DNA from: Octopus sinensis
Lineage: Eukaryota
Direction of reading: 5' to 3'
DNA length: 64,000 nucleotides
Assembly (NCBI RefSeq): GCF_006345805.1
Contig: NC_042997.1
Span: forward strand, 169,012,001-169,076,000
Below are positions 12,681 to 25,285 of the stretch, one piece after another; positions within the stretch are counted from its first letter, which is position 1; the number at the start of each line of letters is the position of its first letter. The notes below the pieces were generated by a model, which ran no database searches, was not told the origin of the DNA, and worked only from the letters and a program-made list of their open reading frames with translations. The position numbers and the translations under genes were made by a program.

Positions 12681-12849
12681 ATATTTTGCGGTAATATCAC
12701 TCACGTATCATAGAAAATTGTCACTCGTATATCATAGGCAATATTTGTAAAAAGAAAGCAAAAATGGAAATTCGGTCGAATTTTCATTCGCAATAAACTC
12801 TCATAATTTTATGTAACAATATTTGTGCTTGTTCTTTGGTATCTTTTTA

Positions 12850-13262
12850 TCTCTACTTGTTTCAATCGTTGGACTGCAGCCATGCTGGGGCACCACTATG
12901 AAGAGTTTAGTTGAATAACTCTACCCTGGCACATTTTAAAATTTGGTACTTATTATATCGTACTCTTTTGCCTAACCGCAAAGTTACGGGGATGTAGACC
13001 AACACCGGTTGTCAAGCGGTGATGGTGGTCGACAAACACAAAGACACACACACACACACACACACATACACACTATCTCCCTCTCACACTCGAATATATA
13101 TGACGGGTTTCCACACAGTTTCCGCCTACCAAATTTTCTCACAAGGCATTAGTCATCCCGGAGTTATAGAAGACACTTGCCCAAGGTGCCACGTTGTGGA
13201 ATTGAACCCGAATCCTCGTAATTGCAAAGCGAGCTTCTTAACCACGCAGCCATACCTGTGCT
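12850..13262 (-). mobile_element. SINE family B, diverged
   Basis: acttgcccaaggtgccac and gcagccatgctggggcacc motifs. Confidence 0.8.
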
Positions 13263-13894
13263 AATCTAGTAATTTTATCAGCACGTAACAAGGCACATTA
13301 AGCGAACAACCAAATTTATCTTGGTTGATCAAATTATTTTTATTCCATCTACATTATAATGGAGAAAGCTGCTTATTAATTAGGTATGTAACAGTTACTA
13401 AAAGTACTAAAAGAAAGTGATTATTAAAGGTTTGACCGTCTGGAAATATTTTTTTGAATTAATACTCTAAGAAATTTCCTATAATTTCAATTTCTGAAGT
13501 TTATTCAATTTTTGAACTCCAATTTTTCACAAATTTAAATATTCATTGCATTCACTGCGGAGTAGATTTTAATGTTTAATAGTAAACAATATTAATTCGC
13601 TGCAGGCCAGATTTTCAATAACTGCATAACTTTGATACGAGGCACAATTTCAAGAATATTATCAGTTTCCTCACCCTCTTGTACTATCTTATATCTCTCT
13701 CCACCCCTACACACTCAATAATACTATAAAAAGAGACAAAATTCCTGCAAAAGTTCAATCTGACAACTCCACTAGAGTGGACGAAAGTGCTAATATATGA
13801 TATATGATTTATAAAAACATGTAACATATTAATAAATATCTGTAAATATAAAACCACCCAGATTTCTGAGTACCTCATTTCTTCTAATACATAC

Positions 13895-14062
13895 ATATAT
13901 ATATATATATACGACGAACCTCTTTCAGTTTCTGTCAACGAAATCCACTCACAAGGCTTTGGCCTGCCTGAGGCTATAGTAGGTGCCACGCAGCGGGTCT
14001 GAACCCGGATCCATGTAGTTAAGAAGCAAGCTTCTTACCACACAGCCACGCCTGCACCTATA
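13895..14062 (-). mobile_element. SINE family B, 5' half
   Basis: aatccactcacaaggctttgg...cacagccacgcctgcaccta. Confidence 0.8.
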
Positions 14063-14939
14063 TAAAATCCCGCCAATAGAATCTCCGTTTCATCCACAGA
14101 TCAATACGCATACTCAAAAATCTTATTTCATACAATTACTTTTATATGTTTAATACAATTACTTTTCTTATGAGCGTCAAATATAATAAAGCGTATTATA
14201 TAATTTACGTACTGATGACTTCAGCAGTATAAGTCTTTCTTAGAACTATAGGAAACACAAAGCACTTCAGTGATAGCTTTTCATTTGATAAGTAAGGCAA
14301 TTTTAACAAGATTTTATATTTTCAGCTGACAGGAAATAAGACTTATTTTTACTTTTAATTGTCGTTATTGGTTGTTTCACAAAAGGAAATGCATCTTGCA
14401 ACTTTAATAAAAATGGAACGCTGCTAACATTTTTTTTCAAAATTTTAATCTACTGTCTTTGTTACTGAGTCTCTCATTTATAACTTACTAATTTACTTCA
14501 AGCGTCATTAATTTGTATTCAAATATTTTCAATTTTCAGTCTCTAAGCATTTCTCTCTCTCTGTCTCTGTCTCTCTATCTCTCTCTTTTTCTCTCACTTC
14601 CTTTTATTCACATTCTCAAACACACAAAAAGCGCATGCACACACTCATAGACATTTCTTTTCAAACAAATGAGCATCCTCTTCTCCCTTTCTCAACATCT
14701 TCTCTTTGTATTACATTTTAGTTAGAGAAGGATCAATCTCTCAGTTTCCACACATTTTGTTTGCGAGCGCTGTAAGCGATGGTAAATTATATGTTGGTAA
14801 TTGAATCATCTACATAGGTTCGATTTCCAGCTGAGCAGTTTCATCTCCTTTACGTCTATATTCGAGACTATTAGCAGAAGTGTAGTGAGCAGTGAGAGCA
14901 GTGAATTTTAGTGGACAGTTTTATTCACTTTACTTTTTA

Positions 14940-15160
14940 TTTTTAAGGACTGCGATCCGGCAGGATCGTTACAGCGACGAAAGATGCTTTACGCGCTTTC
15001 TTCCGGCTCTTTAAGTTTTGACTACAAATCGAATTACGCCCAGGTCATCTCTGCCTTTCATCCCTTCGAAGTCAATAGACTAGGGTACCAATCTAGTATT
15101 GGTGTCGACAATATCGATAAACTCTCTTTTCAAAATTATTGGCCTTGTGCCTCAATCAGA
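14940..15160 (+). mobile_element. SINE family A, degenerate
   Basis: gcctttcatcccttcgaagtcaat core. Confidence 0.6.
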
Positions 15161-16442
15161 AAAATAAATTTGCTTATATAAACGATCTTACATCATTAAT
15201 TAGATGGCTCGAATTCATGTGTATATGGGTAGGGTTGCGCGCACGTGTGTGTTTGTGTGTGTTAGAAAAAGCAGAAAATCATAAATCTCATAGATAATTC
15301 ATAATTCAATTACTTTCAACAGCTGTTTCATTAAGAATAAACCTAATTAAGATACATATTTAATCAAGATAATTTAAAGTAACGTTTATCCCAACGCTTT
15401 ATGCATGCCACAAACCGTTGCTGGTTTAATTATATGTATACACACATCCACATACATATATGTGTATACACACGCACACACACACACACACATACATACA
15501 TATATATAACCTTTCGCTGCTGATATAGTCTCGAGAGAAAATTCTCCTCAGAGATAAAATGTGTGAAAAGATATTGAGCTATGGATGATGACAGGATTGT
15601 GGGGCGTATGCATAACATTCCTGATATATTTTAGGATAAATATTGCTTTAAATTGATGAAGTTTATTTATATTGATTATGTATCTTAATCACGTAATTAC
15701 ACAACTGATGATGTTTATTCCTAACGAACATCTACTGAACATAATTTAATTACGAATTGTCAAATCTACGCCTTTTTGCTTTTTACTCTAAATATACATT
15801 GCTCTTAAGGATCGTTGATGCTTTTCCTACTTGGATTTACTGCCATGTTATAACGTTTCGGAGGTTAACAACCTAGGACTAATTGAGTCCTTAATTACCA
15901 TGGATATATATATATTTTTGGTGTTTTATACATAGCTTCATATAATATATATACATATATGTACGTGTGTATGTAAGCGTATTTGTATGTGTGTGTATAC
16001 ATACATACGTATATACATTACATACATGCATACATATGAATATACATATCTATAAACATATATACATGCATATACACACGCGTACATGTTTATTACCAAC
16101 ACTTGTTTCCTTGAAGTTTCAGTGTGGTCATGTTATATATCAAATCTGCTGCATATACATAATTATTTATTTGTCTGAAAATAGGTTTTGCATTATAAAT
16201 TTATAGATATGAATAAATTTCTTCAGCATATCTTGAATATTACCTACACCGTCTTCATTAAGATATTATCCTCACTAATTTTAAATGCTTCTTTCTACAG
16301 TTATATTTTAGAGAACAAAACTGTCTCCCTAAAACTTCCTTGAAAATATTTTTAAATTCTCCATTTCTTTTCCTTGCTTGCTATTCCCTTTGATGAACAC
16401 AACAATTATTAAAACAGCTATTATAATCATTATTAATATATC

Positions 16443-16650
16443 TAAGGTGGCAAGCTGGCAGAATCGTTAGCACGCCAGGCATTTAGTCTGTCTTTACGTT
16501 CTGCTTTGAAATTCCGCCGAGGTCGATTTTGCATTTCATCCCTTTCGGAGATCGTTAAAATAAGTACCAGTTGAGCACTGGAGTTGATGTAACCGACTCT
16601 TAAACCCTCCCCCCGAAATTGCTGACCTTGTGCCAATATTTGAAACCATT
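16443..16650 (+). mobile_element. SINE family A, short form
   Basis: Head and core present. Confidence 0.85.
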
Positions 16651-16876
16651 ATTAATACATCTCTCCTATCTATATTCCAGCAGAAGACTTGGAGGATCTA
16701 TGACGTAATTCGCAGGCGAACATATTGGGTAGTTTAGCAATGATGTTCAGCTGTTGTTGCCTTTGATTAGTTCCAGAACAACTTTGCTCGAGCAGATCTA
16801 GGATCAAAGACGTTCCAGCTTTGACCTAATCTTCTTTGAAAATTATTAACAATTACATTATTTAATATTTCCCTAA

Positions 16877-17120
16877 AGCGGCGTTCTGGCAGAATTGTTA
16901 GCATATCGGACAAAGTGTTTTGCGGAATTTCTTCCGGCTCTTTAATGTCCTGTCTTTAAAACTTGCCGTGGCCAACTTGCCTTTCATCCTTTCGGGATCG
17001 ATAAAATAAAGTATCAATCAAGTACTGGGATCGATGTAATTTCGATAAAATAAAGTATGAATCAAGTACTGGGATCGATGTAATTTCAAAATTGCTGGCA
17101 CAGTGCCAAAATTAGAAAGA
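16877..17120 (+). mobile_element. SINE family A with internal 44-bp tandem duplication
   Basis: tcgataaaataaagtat(c/g)aatcaagtactgggatcgatgtaatt twice at about 16998-17086. Confidence 0.8.
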
Positions 17121-17868
17121 ATTATCTAATGTTAGTTTCCCACGACCACCACCATATAAATGACGGTAGAATATGACTGGAGAGAGATTTTACTTCTATT
17201 TCTAGCAAGTTAAACAACCCTGTAGAGTTTCCCCCCTTACTGATGTGTTGCACAACGAATATCAGTTTGACATATGAGGCGGCCTCGAGACCTCTTTGTC
17301 TCGCTTCCTTATGTGCAAACATACATATATGCATCTATATTTATATGTATAGATCAAATGTCAAGACCAAACATTGGGATTAAAATGACCCAACCACCAC
17401 TACTGTATTCAGCATTCAGACAGGCGTCATCATACTTTATACAGTGAACTAGAAATTTTAATCAAATAAAATTACACTCTTAATGATGAGAAAATATATC
17501 ATTATGTTAACGATAAATTCTGGATAAGAAATTTTAGAATGCAATGAGTGAATCTGATCTTTGGTAGGACGATCACAACTCTGATCACGTATGCAAAAAC
17601 AATGTGTATATGAAATATATCAACATGGATATAAAAGAACGAGGGTGCGTGTCCTTGCGTTTCGGCTGTCTGGCTCGCGGTCATAAGGTCGTGGGTTCAA
17701 TTCCTGATCCCGGCAACACGATGTGTTTTTCATCAATGCACTTCATTTTAAATTACTCTAGTCTATTCCGTTGTAGATAGTACCGATCGAGTACTTTATG
17801 CAGCTTTCTTTTACGACTTGGATGTTCCGCAGGACCAGTATCAGAGTATCTCTGCTCGCTACTATATA

Positions 17869-18096
17869 ATATTGCTTTACTACCCACAAGGGGCTAAACA
17901 CAGAGGGAACAAACAAGGACAGACAAACGGATTAAGTCGATTACATCGACCCCAATGCGTAACTGGTACTTAATTTATCGACCCCGAAAGGATAAAAGGC
18001 AAAGTCGACCTCGGCGGAATTTGAACTCAGATGACAGACGAAATACGGCTACGTATTTCGCCCGGCGTGCTAACGTTTCTGCCAGCTCGCCGCCTT
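17869..18096 (-). mobile_element. SINE family A with 18-bp target-site duplication
   Basis: tctgctcgctactatata at 17851-17868 and 18097-18114. Confidence 0.9.
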
Positions 18097-18775
18097 TCTG
18101 CTCGCTACTATATAGTCGTTTGTCTGTCCTTGTTTGTCCTATGTTTAGCCCCTTGTGGGTAATAAAGAAACATATATATAGTCACTTAAAACAATTACTG
18201 AATGCATGGCTCATATGACTAAGCTATACTCCGCAAATGACGGTTGCCTTAGCCAAAGAAAATCAATAATTAACTGAAAATATTGAAAATTTCACACGTA
18301 GGAAAATCTAAGTTGACTAGAATTAGGAAAAATGTTGAGTAAGCTCTATCTTCTCTATATTTTCTTCTATATCTTTTGGTTGTGTTTGCACAACCAAAAG
18401 AACGAACACAAAACTCAAACTTCATTTATCTTCCTTCTTTCTTTTTCCCCCTTATCTCAATATCTATTTTCCGATCTTCTTCCCTCTCGCTGTTCTCTTT
18501 CTTTTTATTTTATCCGTTTTTCAATGATTTACCTTCTTATCTCTTTGCCACCATCTTGTTCTCTCATACTCTGCTACCAACTTTAAACTTCTCATCTGCT
18601 TTTTATCAGCTAGTCCGTTGAAGAGAGACAATGTTCATAGGCCTTGAAGGCTCTCCACAACTATTTCTCCTTAACTCTACTCATTCCATTTTATTACTTA
18701 ACTCTTTCTCTCTCGATTCTGTCTTTCACTCTCTTTAAAATTCATACTGTCTGTCTATCTGTCTGTCTGCCTGTC

Positions 18776-18779
<4 letters not shown>

Positions 18780-18838
<59 letters not shown>

Positions 18839-19020
18839 CTCGCCGTTTCTACTTCTTTTTCATACTGTTTTACTCCTCAATGCCAACCCTCATCTTATGC
18901 CTTATTACATTATCTTATTCATGCATTCTCTTCCTTCTTCTTCTTCTTCTTCTTCTTCTTCTTCTTCTTCTTCTTCTTCTTCTTCTTCTTCTTCTTCTTC
19001 TTCTTCTTCTTCTTCTTCTT
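18780..19020. repeat. (CT)n and (CTT)n microsatellites
   Basis: Directly visible. Confidence 0.95.
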
Positions 19021-19777
19021 CCACTTTTTCCTCCTTTTTCTCACTATCAATCCGTCTTTCTCCCTTTCTCTCTTTCTTTTCCTTTATCTCACACACACAC
19101 GCTTGCACGCATGCAACACACACAGCGGTAAAGACACGTCTTCGCGCTTCAACCGTTGCAACGTACCCATATTCACTTGTATGTATAAGTTTATGTTCAT
19201 GTGATATTACTATTCGCCTGATCTGTAAAATAAATGAACAGCAGCCAGTAAAATCTTCACGTTTTATCGTGGACCTTCAGTTTTTAAAATGCCACCTCGT
19301 ATATTAAGGCAGCTTTTATGATGGAACATGAACCACCGAACAAGATGAGGATAAATTATTGCCTCAAGTTTTGTAACGTTAAATATCTGATATCAGATCA
19401 AGAACCACGTTTCCTTTTTTAAAATTGTTTGGTGAGGGACTTATCAAAAGAATGTAAACGAAATCATTATGAAGAAAAGATTAAAACAGTGATATAATTA
19501 AGCGTACCATGAATCAAAGATGAAATATCGAAAATTAGGATATCTTTACGATGGAATTCAATTCTAACGAACAGTAACTTCCCTTTTATCTTCACCTTCT
19601 CTCCATAAATCCCTATAAAATTTATATATCAGTAACTACAATTGTTATTGGTGTTGATTTATTCTGAGTTCAAATCCTGCCGAGCTCAACTTTCTTCCTT
19701 CTGAAGTAGATATATTAAGTACCAGTTGAACACTGGGATCGATGTAATCAATTATATCCACTCCCCAAAATTTCAAG

Positions 19778-19833
<56 letters not shown>

Positions 19834-20210
19834 AGCAGTGAGCTGGCAGAATCATTAGCACGCCGGGAGAAATTCTTAGCAGTATTTCTTCTGCCGCTAC
19901 GTTCTGAGTTCAAATTCCGCCGAGGTCGACTTTGCCTTTCATCCTTTCGGGGTCGATTAAATAAGTACCAGTTACGTACTAGGGGCGATATAATCGACTT
20001 AATCTGTTTGTCTGTCCTTGTTTGTCCTCTCTGTGTTTAGCCCCTTGTAGCTAGTAAAGAAATAGGTATTTCGTCTGTCTTCACGTTCTGCGTTCAAATT
20101 CCGCCATGGTCGACTTTGCCTTTCATTAAGTACCAGTTACGCAAGGAGTCGATGTAATCGATTTAATCCCTTCCCCTAAAGTTGAGGCCTACTGCTTCCA
20201 CTAGAAAGGA
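19834..20210 (+). mobile_element. SINE family A, long form, in (ATT)n
   Basis: Homologous to 8765-9144; (ATT)n on both sides. Confidence 0.92.
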
Positions 20211-20264
20211 TTATTATTATTGTTGTTGTTGTTGTTGTTATCATCATCATCATCATTATCATCA

Positions 20265-20310
<46 letters not shown>

Positions 20311-20311
<1 letters not shown>

Positions 20312-20870
20312 GAGTGAGAGAGCAGTGCATGCTATCAAAGTTGACACTGTGGTGCAATCATACGAAGCCTCATATACCCATCATGACTACCCATCTGATA
20401 AGAGTACACAAGGTACTTGCATCACAACCACATTTGCGTGTCATGGTGACCTTATAACAAGATAAACAGCGCATGACCTTGCAGTTGGGGCCCAGTTAGA
20501 ATATTCTTCAGGTTGAGTAACATATCCCGTTCAAAATGTCCCTGAATAAGGTTTGTTTAAGGATGGTGAACGAAACACCCATGTTTCCAAAGGTGATTTA
20601 TTGAAACCCCTAAGAATTCCTCTCAGCACATGACTCTGATGCTCCCCCACTAATCCTGCTCGTGATCAGAGATGTACATATCGTCAGCCACCAAGAGACA
20701 TGCTCAACTGGTTAAGGTCAAACAACTGACAAGCAATTCTGTTGTATTGAGCAGAATATTTGCTGTAGCCCATCTTTTATACAAAACAAAACAACGTACA
20801 CGGTAACACTTCGAATCAGTTAACATTAGAAGCTATGAGAGCCATTGCCTGGTATTGCATCAGGGCATTT
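20311..20870 (-). mobile_element. 560-bp non-coding element, full copy
   Basis: Reverse-complement homologue of 3353-3912; (ATT)n on both sides. Confidence 0.85.
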
Positions 20871-20898
20871 TATTATTATTACTATTATTATTATTATT

Positions 20899-21997
20899 CA
20901 GTAGTTTTATTTTTATAGCGTGCTTTCACTTCACTACCGAGCGCAGCTCTGTGTGCCTTGGGTATGTGCTGTGATTTGTTGTGATGCTCTGATGGTTATT
21001 GTATGGAAAGTGTTCTGCGTAGGATGTGTGCAGTGCCTAGTAGTGCAATTTTCTGTATGTTATATGTGTTTGTAAGTCCTGGTGTTTTTGTTATGTATTT
21101 GTCTGAATATTTTTTTATCATGCCTAATGCACCTACTATGATAGGAATTGTTTCTGTTTTCAGGTTCCACATTCTAGTTACCTCTATTTCCAGGTCTTTG
21201 TATTTTGAGAGTTTCTCCATTTCTTTTAGAGACACGTTGTCATCTGCCGGTATTGATACATCAATTAGAAAGCATTTTTTTCCTTCATGATCTCTGACAA
21301 CTATATCTGGTCTGTTGGCCTTAATTTCTCTATCTGTGTGTATCGGCATATCCCAGAGTATGGTTGCTTTCTCGTTTTCTGTGACCTTTTCTGGTGTGTG
21401 CCTATACCATCTTTTTTCTGTTGTTATTCCATAATGTTGGCATAGCTTCCAATGTATGTAGGTTCCAACTCTGTCATGTCTGTGAATATATTCCTTCTTA
21501 GCCAAGACTGGGCAGCTAGAGATAATATGATTTATTGTTTCTTGTCCATCTCCACATATTCTGCAGTTACTTGTAATATTTCTTTTCATTACATGTTTTT
21601 GGTAATTTCTGGTGGGGAGGCTTTGGTCTTGTGCTGCAATTAAAAATCCCTCTGTTTCTGCTTTGAGTCCTGAGCTTCTCAACCATTGCTGGGATTTTTC
21701 TTTGTCTATTTCTTTTGCGTTTAGTTTAGTCCAGTATTTACCATGAAGGGGCTTTTCTTGCCATCGTTTTATCATGGCTTGTTGCTGTTCTATTTTTAGT
21801 TTGGATTTCATTTGTTTTATAGCTTTTGTTGTTTCTTCATCATCTTCTTCTTCTTCTTTGTGTTTATTAGGTGGTATGATTTCTTGTTTGTATTTGTCAG
21901 CTTCCTTAAATACTGAGAACAGTTTTTTGTTTTGCTCGTGTTTTGCTGCTATCTGGATCAGTTTTCCTTCCTTCTGAAGTAGGTATTTTTGCAGTCC
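20899..21997 (-). mobile_element. R4/Dong-clade non-LTR retrotransposon, 5'-truncated, uninterrupted C-terminal ORF (CCHC knuckle + REL endonuclease) and 3'UTR
   Basis: CRICGDGQETINHIISSC (CCHC), RHD, ANRPDIVV...LIDVS (PD..D) and KLSKY motifs. The frame is stop-free from 21997 to 20996. (TAA)n on both sides. Confidence 0.95.
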
Positions 21998-22059
<62 letters not shown>

Positions 22060-22084
22060 GTCATCATTATCATCATTATTATTA

Positions 22085-22297
22085 AAGCGGCGAGCTGGTA
22101 GAATCGTTAGCATGCCGGGCAAAATGTTTAGCGGTATTTCTTCCGTCCTTACGTTCTGAGTTCAAATTCCGCCGTGGCGGACTTTGCTTTTCATCATTTC
22201 GTGGTCGATAAAATAAGTGCCAGTTGAGCACTAGGATCGATGTAATTGACTGTCCCCCTCCCCCAAATTTGAAGCCTTGTGTATATTGTAGAAAGGA
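22085..22297 (+). mobile_element. SINE family A, short form, in (ATT)n
   Basis: Head, core and gaaagg(att)n tail. Confidence 0.9.
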
Positions 22298-22317
22298 TTA
22301 TTATTATTATTACTATT

Positions 22318-22349
<32 letters not shown>

Positions 22350-22362
22350 TTATTATTGATAC

Positions 22363-22401
<39 letters not shown>

Positions 22402-22420
22402 CATTATTATTATTATAATT

Positions 22421-22610
22421 AAAGCGGTGAGCTGGCAGAATCGTTAGCACTCTGGACAAAATGCTTAGTAGAATTTCGTCCGTCCTTACGTTCTGAGTTC
22501 AAATTCCACCCAAGTCGACTTTGCCTTTCATCCTTTCATCCTTTCGGGGTCGATGTAATCGACTGGCCCCTTTCATCCAAATTTCAAGCCTTATGCCTAA
22601 AGTAGAAAGG
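22421..22610 (+). mobile_element. SINE family A, short form, in (ATT)n
   Basis: Head, core and gaaagg tail. Confidence 0.88.
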
Positions 22611-22629
22611 ATTCTTACTATTATAATTA

Positions 22630-22920
22630 TAATGTTTTTTTACTCACGTTCGGTCTTATTCTTGACAGAATTTATTGGGTAGCTGGTTTACTATCTGTAA
22701 CCTTAGGTATCCACAAATTTTCAGCAGTCTTTCAAGTGCTTAGAATCCTCCTGATAATTCTTGCTGTCCCTAAGAGACAAACATTTTGTTGGAGCTCAAC
22801 AGGGCATTCTATTCCAGAGTCCTTCATCCATCTGTCTATATCTCTGCTTACTGATCCAAATGCACCAATTATCATAGGCACAACCTTGACAGTTCTCCAA
22901 ATCTTTCCTATTTCAAATCT
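22630..22920 (-). mobile_element. R4/Dong 3' end of a further subfamily
   Basis: Manual translation RFEIGKIWRTVKVVPMIIGAFGSVSRDIDRWMKDSGIECPVELQQNVCLLGTARIIRRILST* (stop 22732-22734), homologous to the other Dong C-termini. Confidence 0.85.
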
Positions 22921-23275
22921 TCAGGTCAAGTAGCTCATCTCACTCAAAAGGTCCCTGAATAAGGTCTATTTAAGGATGTTGAATGAAACACCTATGTTGC
23001 CAAAGGTGAATTATCCAAAGCTCAAAGAATTCCTCTCAACACATGGCTCTGATGCTTCCCACTACTCCTGCTAGTGATCAGAGATGCACATATCGCCAGC
23101 CACTAAGGGGCGTGCTCAACTGTTCAAAGTCAAACAACTGGCAAGCAAATCTCTGGTATTGAGCAGAAAATTTGCTGCAGCCCATCTTTTATACCAAGAC
23201 AAAACAATGTACATGACTTCACTTCCAATCAGTTAAGATCAGAAGTCATGAGAGCCACTGCCTGGTACTGCGTCA
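22917..23275 (-). mobile_element. 5' ~360 bp of the 560-bp element, fused to the Dong fragment
   Basis: Homologous to about 20507-20865. Confidence 0.85.
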
Positions 23276-23283
23276 TATTATTA

Positions 23284-23348
<65 letters not shown>

Positions 23349-23434
23349 GATGTTATTATTATTATTATTATTATTGTTGATGTTATTATTATTATTATTG
23401 TTGATGTTATTATTATTATTATTATTCTATGTTT

Positions 23435-23655
23435 GACTTTTGCTTTATATTTGTACAAGTTGGCTCCAAGTCTCACCCAGAGACCTCAAGAGACAACAGG
23501 GTTGGAAGTTCATGTTGTTGTTATGCCTAGTGTGCCATATATTGGGGGGTGGGGGGGATGTTGTACTAATTAATGTCTAAAAAAAAAAAAGTTTTTTTTT
23601 TTTTTTTTTAAACCGAAATTATGTTGTTTTAAACCTTGAGGTTACATAGAGAATT
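23435..23655 (-). mobile_element. Probable R4/Dong 3'UTR-only fragment (another subfamily)
   Basis: Reverse complement starts attctctatgtaa (resembling ..LSM*), has A/T-run plus hairpin organisation like the 4420-4595 UTR, and is embedded in (TAA)n. Confidence 0.5.
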
Positions 23656-23706
23656 ATTATTATTATTATTATATTATTATTATTATATTATATTATTATT
23701 ATTATT

Positions 23707-24071
23707 CAGTAGTTTTATTTTTATAGCGTGTTTTCACTTCACTACCGAGCGCAGCTCTGTGTGCCTTGGGTATGTGCTGTGATTTGTTGTGATGCTCTGA
23801 TGGTTATTGTATGGAAAGTGTTCTGCGTAGGATGTGTGCAGTGCCTAGTAGTGCAATTTTCTGTATGTTATATGTGTTTGTAAGTCCTGGTGTTTTTGTT
23901 ATGTATTTGTCTGAATATTTTTTTATCATGCCTAATGCACCTACTATGATAGGAATTGTTTCTGTTTTCAGGTTCCACATTCTAGTTACCTCTATTTCCA
24001 GGTCTTTGTATTTTGAGAGTTTCTCCATTTCTTTTAGAGACACGTTGTCATCTGCCGGTATTGATACATCA

Positions 24072-24075
<4 letters not shown>
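23707..24075 (-). mobile_element. R4/Dong, short 5'-truncated copy nearly identical to 20899-21267
   Basis: One visible mismatch in 369 bp; ORF 23804..24112. Confidence 0.95.
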
Positions 24076-24109
<34 letters not shown>

Positions 24110-24110
24110 C

Positions 24111-24322
24111 AAGGCGGCGGGCTGATAGAATCATTAGCATGCTGGGCATAATGCTTAGTGACATTTCTTCCGCCTTTACATTCCTAGTTCAAATACCACT
24201 GAGGCTGACTTTGCCTTTCATCCTTTCGGGGTCAATAAAATAAATACCAAGAGTATACCTGGGATCGATGTAATCGACTTACCCACTCACACAAAATTTC
24301 TGGCCTTGTGCTAAAACTTGGA
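24111..24322 (+). mobile_element. SINE family A, short form, in (ATT)n
   Basis: Head, core and tail. Confidence 0.85.
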
Positions 24323-24905
24323 ATTATTATTATTATTATTATTATTATTATTGGTGGTGGTGGTGGTGGTGTTTTCATATTCGTATCGACAAAACGTCCA
24401 TTGGATTGCTCGTGAGTTTGTTTAATTGTTTATATATTTATAACTGCATCTTGTTGTTGCATACCATCTTGCAAAGCAAACCAAAACTCTTAGGGGTTTA
24501 TTCGCTGGCTTATTCGTTTCTCGCCCCTTGGGGTCTCACGTTTGTTAGAAAGTTTTCAAATTTTGTTTTGAAAAACAATTTTCTTTAAACATAGCTAACG
24601 CTTCCACAGCCAACAAACTGAAGGGGGATGTAGGACCTAAATGTCAAAGACAGATGTAGAAAGGGCAACGATATATTCTTCTCACACATGGAAGGGAAGG
24701 AGAAAAAATTTCAAGCATTGAATACTTGCCCTACTATAGTGGCTAACGACAGTTGCAATAGCAACAATAACAACAACTACAATATTGACAAAAACAACAA
24801 CTGCAGCAATGATAGCAAAAGCACAGAAGAAGCATGAGTAAGGGCATCCACAGTAGCAGTATCAGCGCTAGGGGTAACAGTAATGGTTGCAGCAGCACCG
24901 CAAGT

Positions 24906-25285
24906 GGAGGCGCAATGGCCCAGTGGTTAGAGCAGCGGACTCGCAGTCGGAGGATCGCTGTTTCGATTCCAAGACCGAGCGTTGTGTGTGTTTATTGAGC
25001 GAAAATACCTAAAGCTCCACGAAGCTCCGACAGGGCGTGGTGGTGACCCCTGTTGTACTCTTTCGCTCCAACTTTCTCTCACTCTTTCTTCCTGTTTCTT
25101 GTCCCCGACTTCCTACGCAACCGCTGAGTCTGGATGCGCATTCATCCATCGGTCGATGCTCTCGGTGTCGGAGGTTGACCTGCTTTCTCTTCTGTGGGTC
25201 TTACGAATAGCAAAGGATCACGTTTCGGACTTCTCCCATTACACTCTGGGACGAAGACCGCTTCACTCAACAAACAAACAAACAA
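24906..25285 (+). mobile_element. tRNA-derived SINE family D (OR1-like head) with (AAAC)n tail
   Basis: A-box tggcccagtgg, B-box gtttcgattcc; body shared with the minus-strand copy at about 33840-33975. Confidence 0.8.

Noticed and set aside
21003-21290. Antisense ORF MESVLRRMCAVPSS... repeated at 23811
   Set aside because: Shadow frame of the Dong coding strand.
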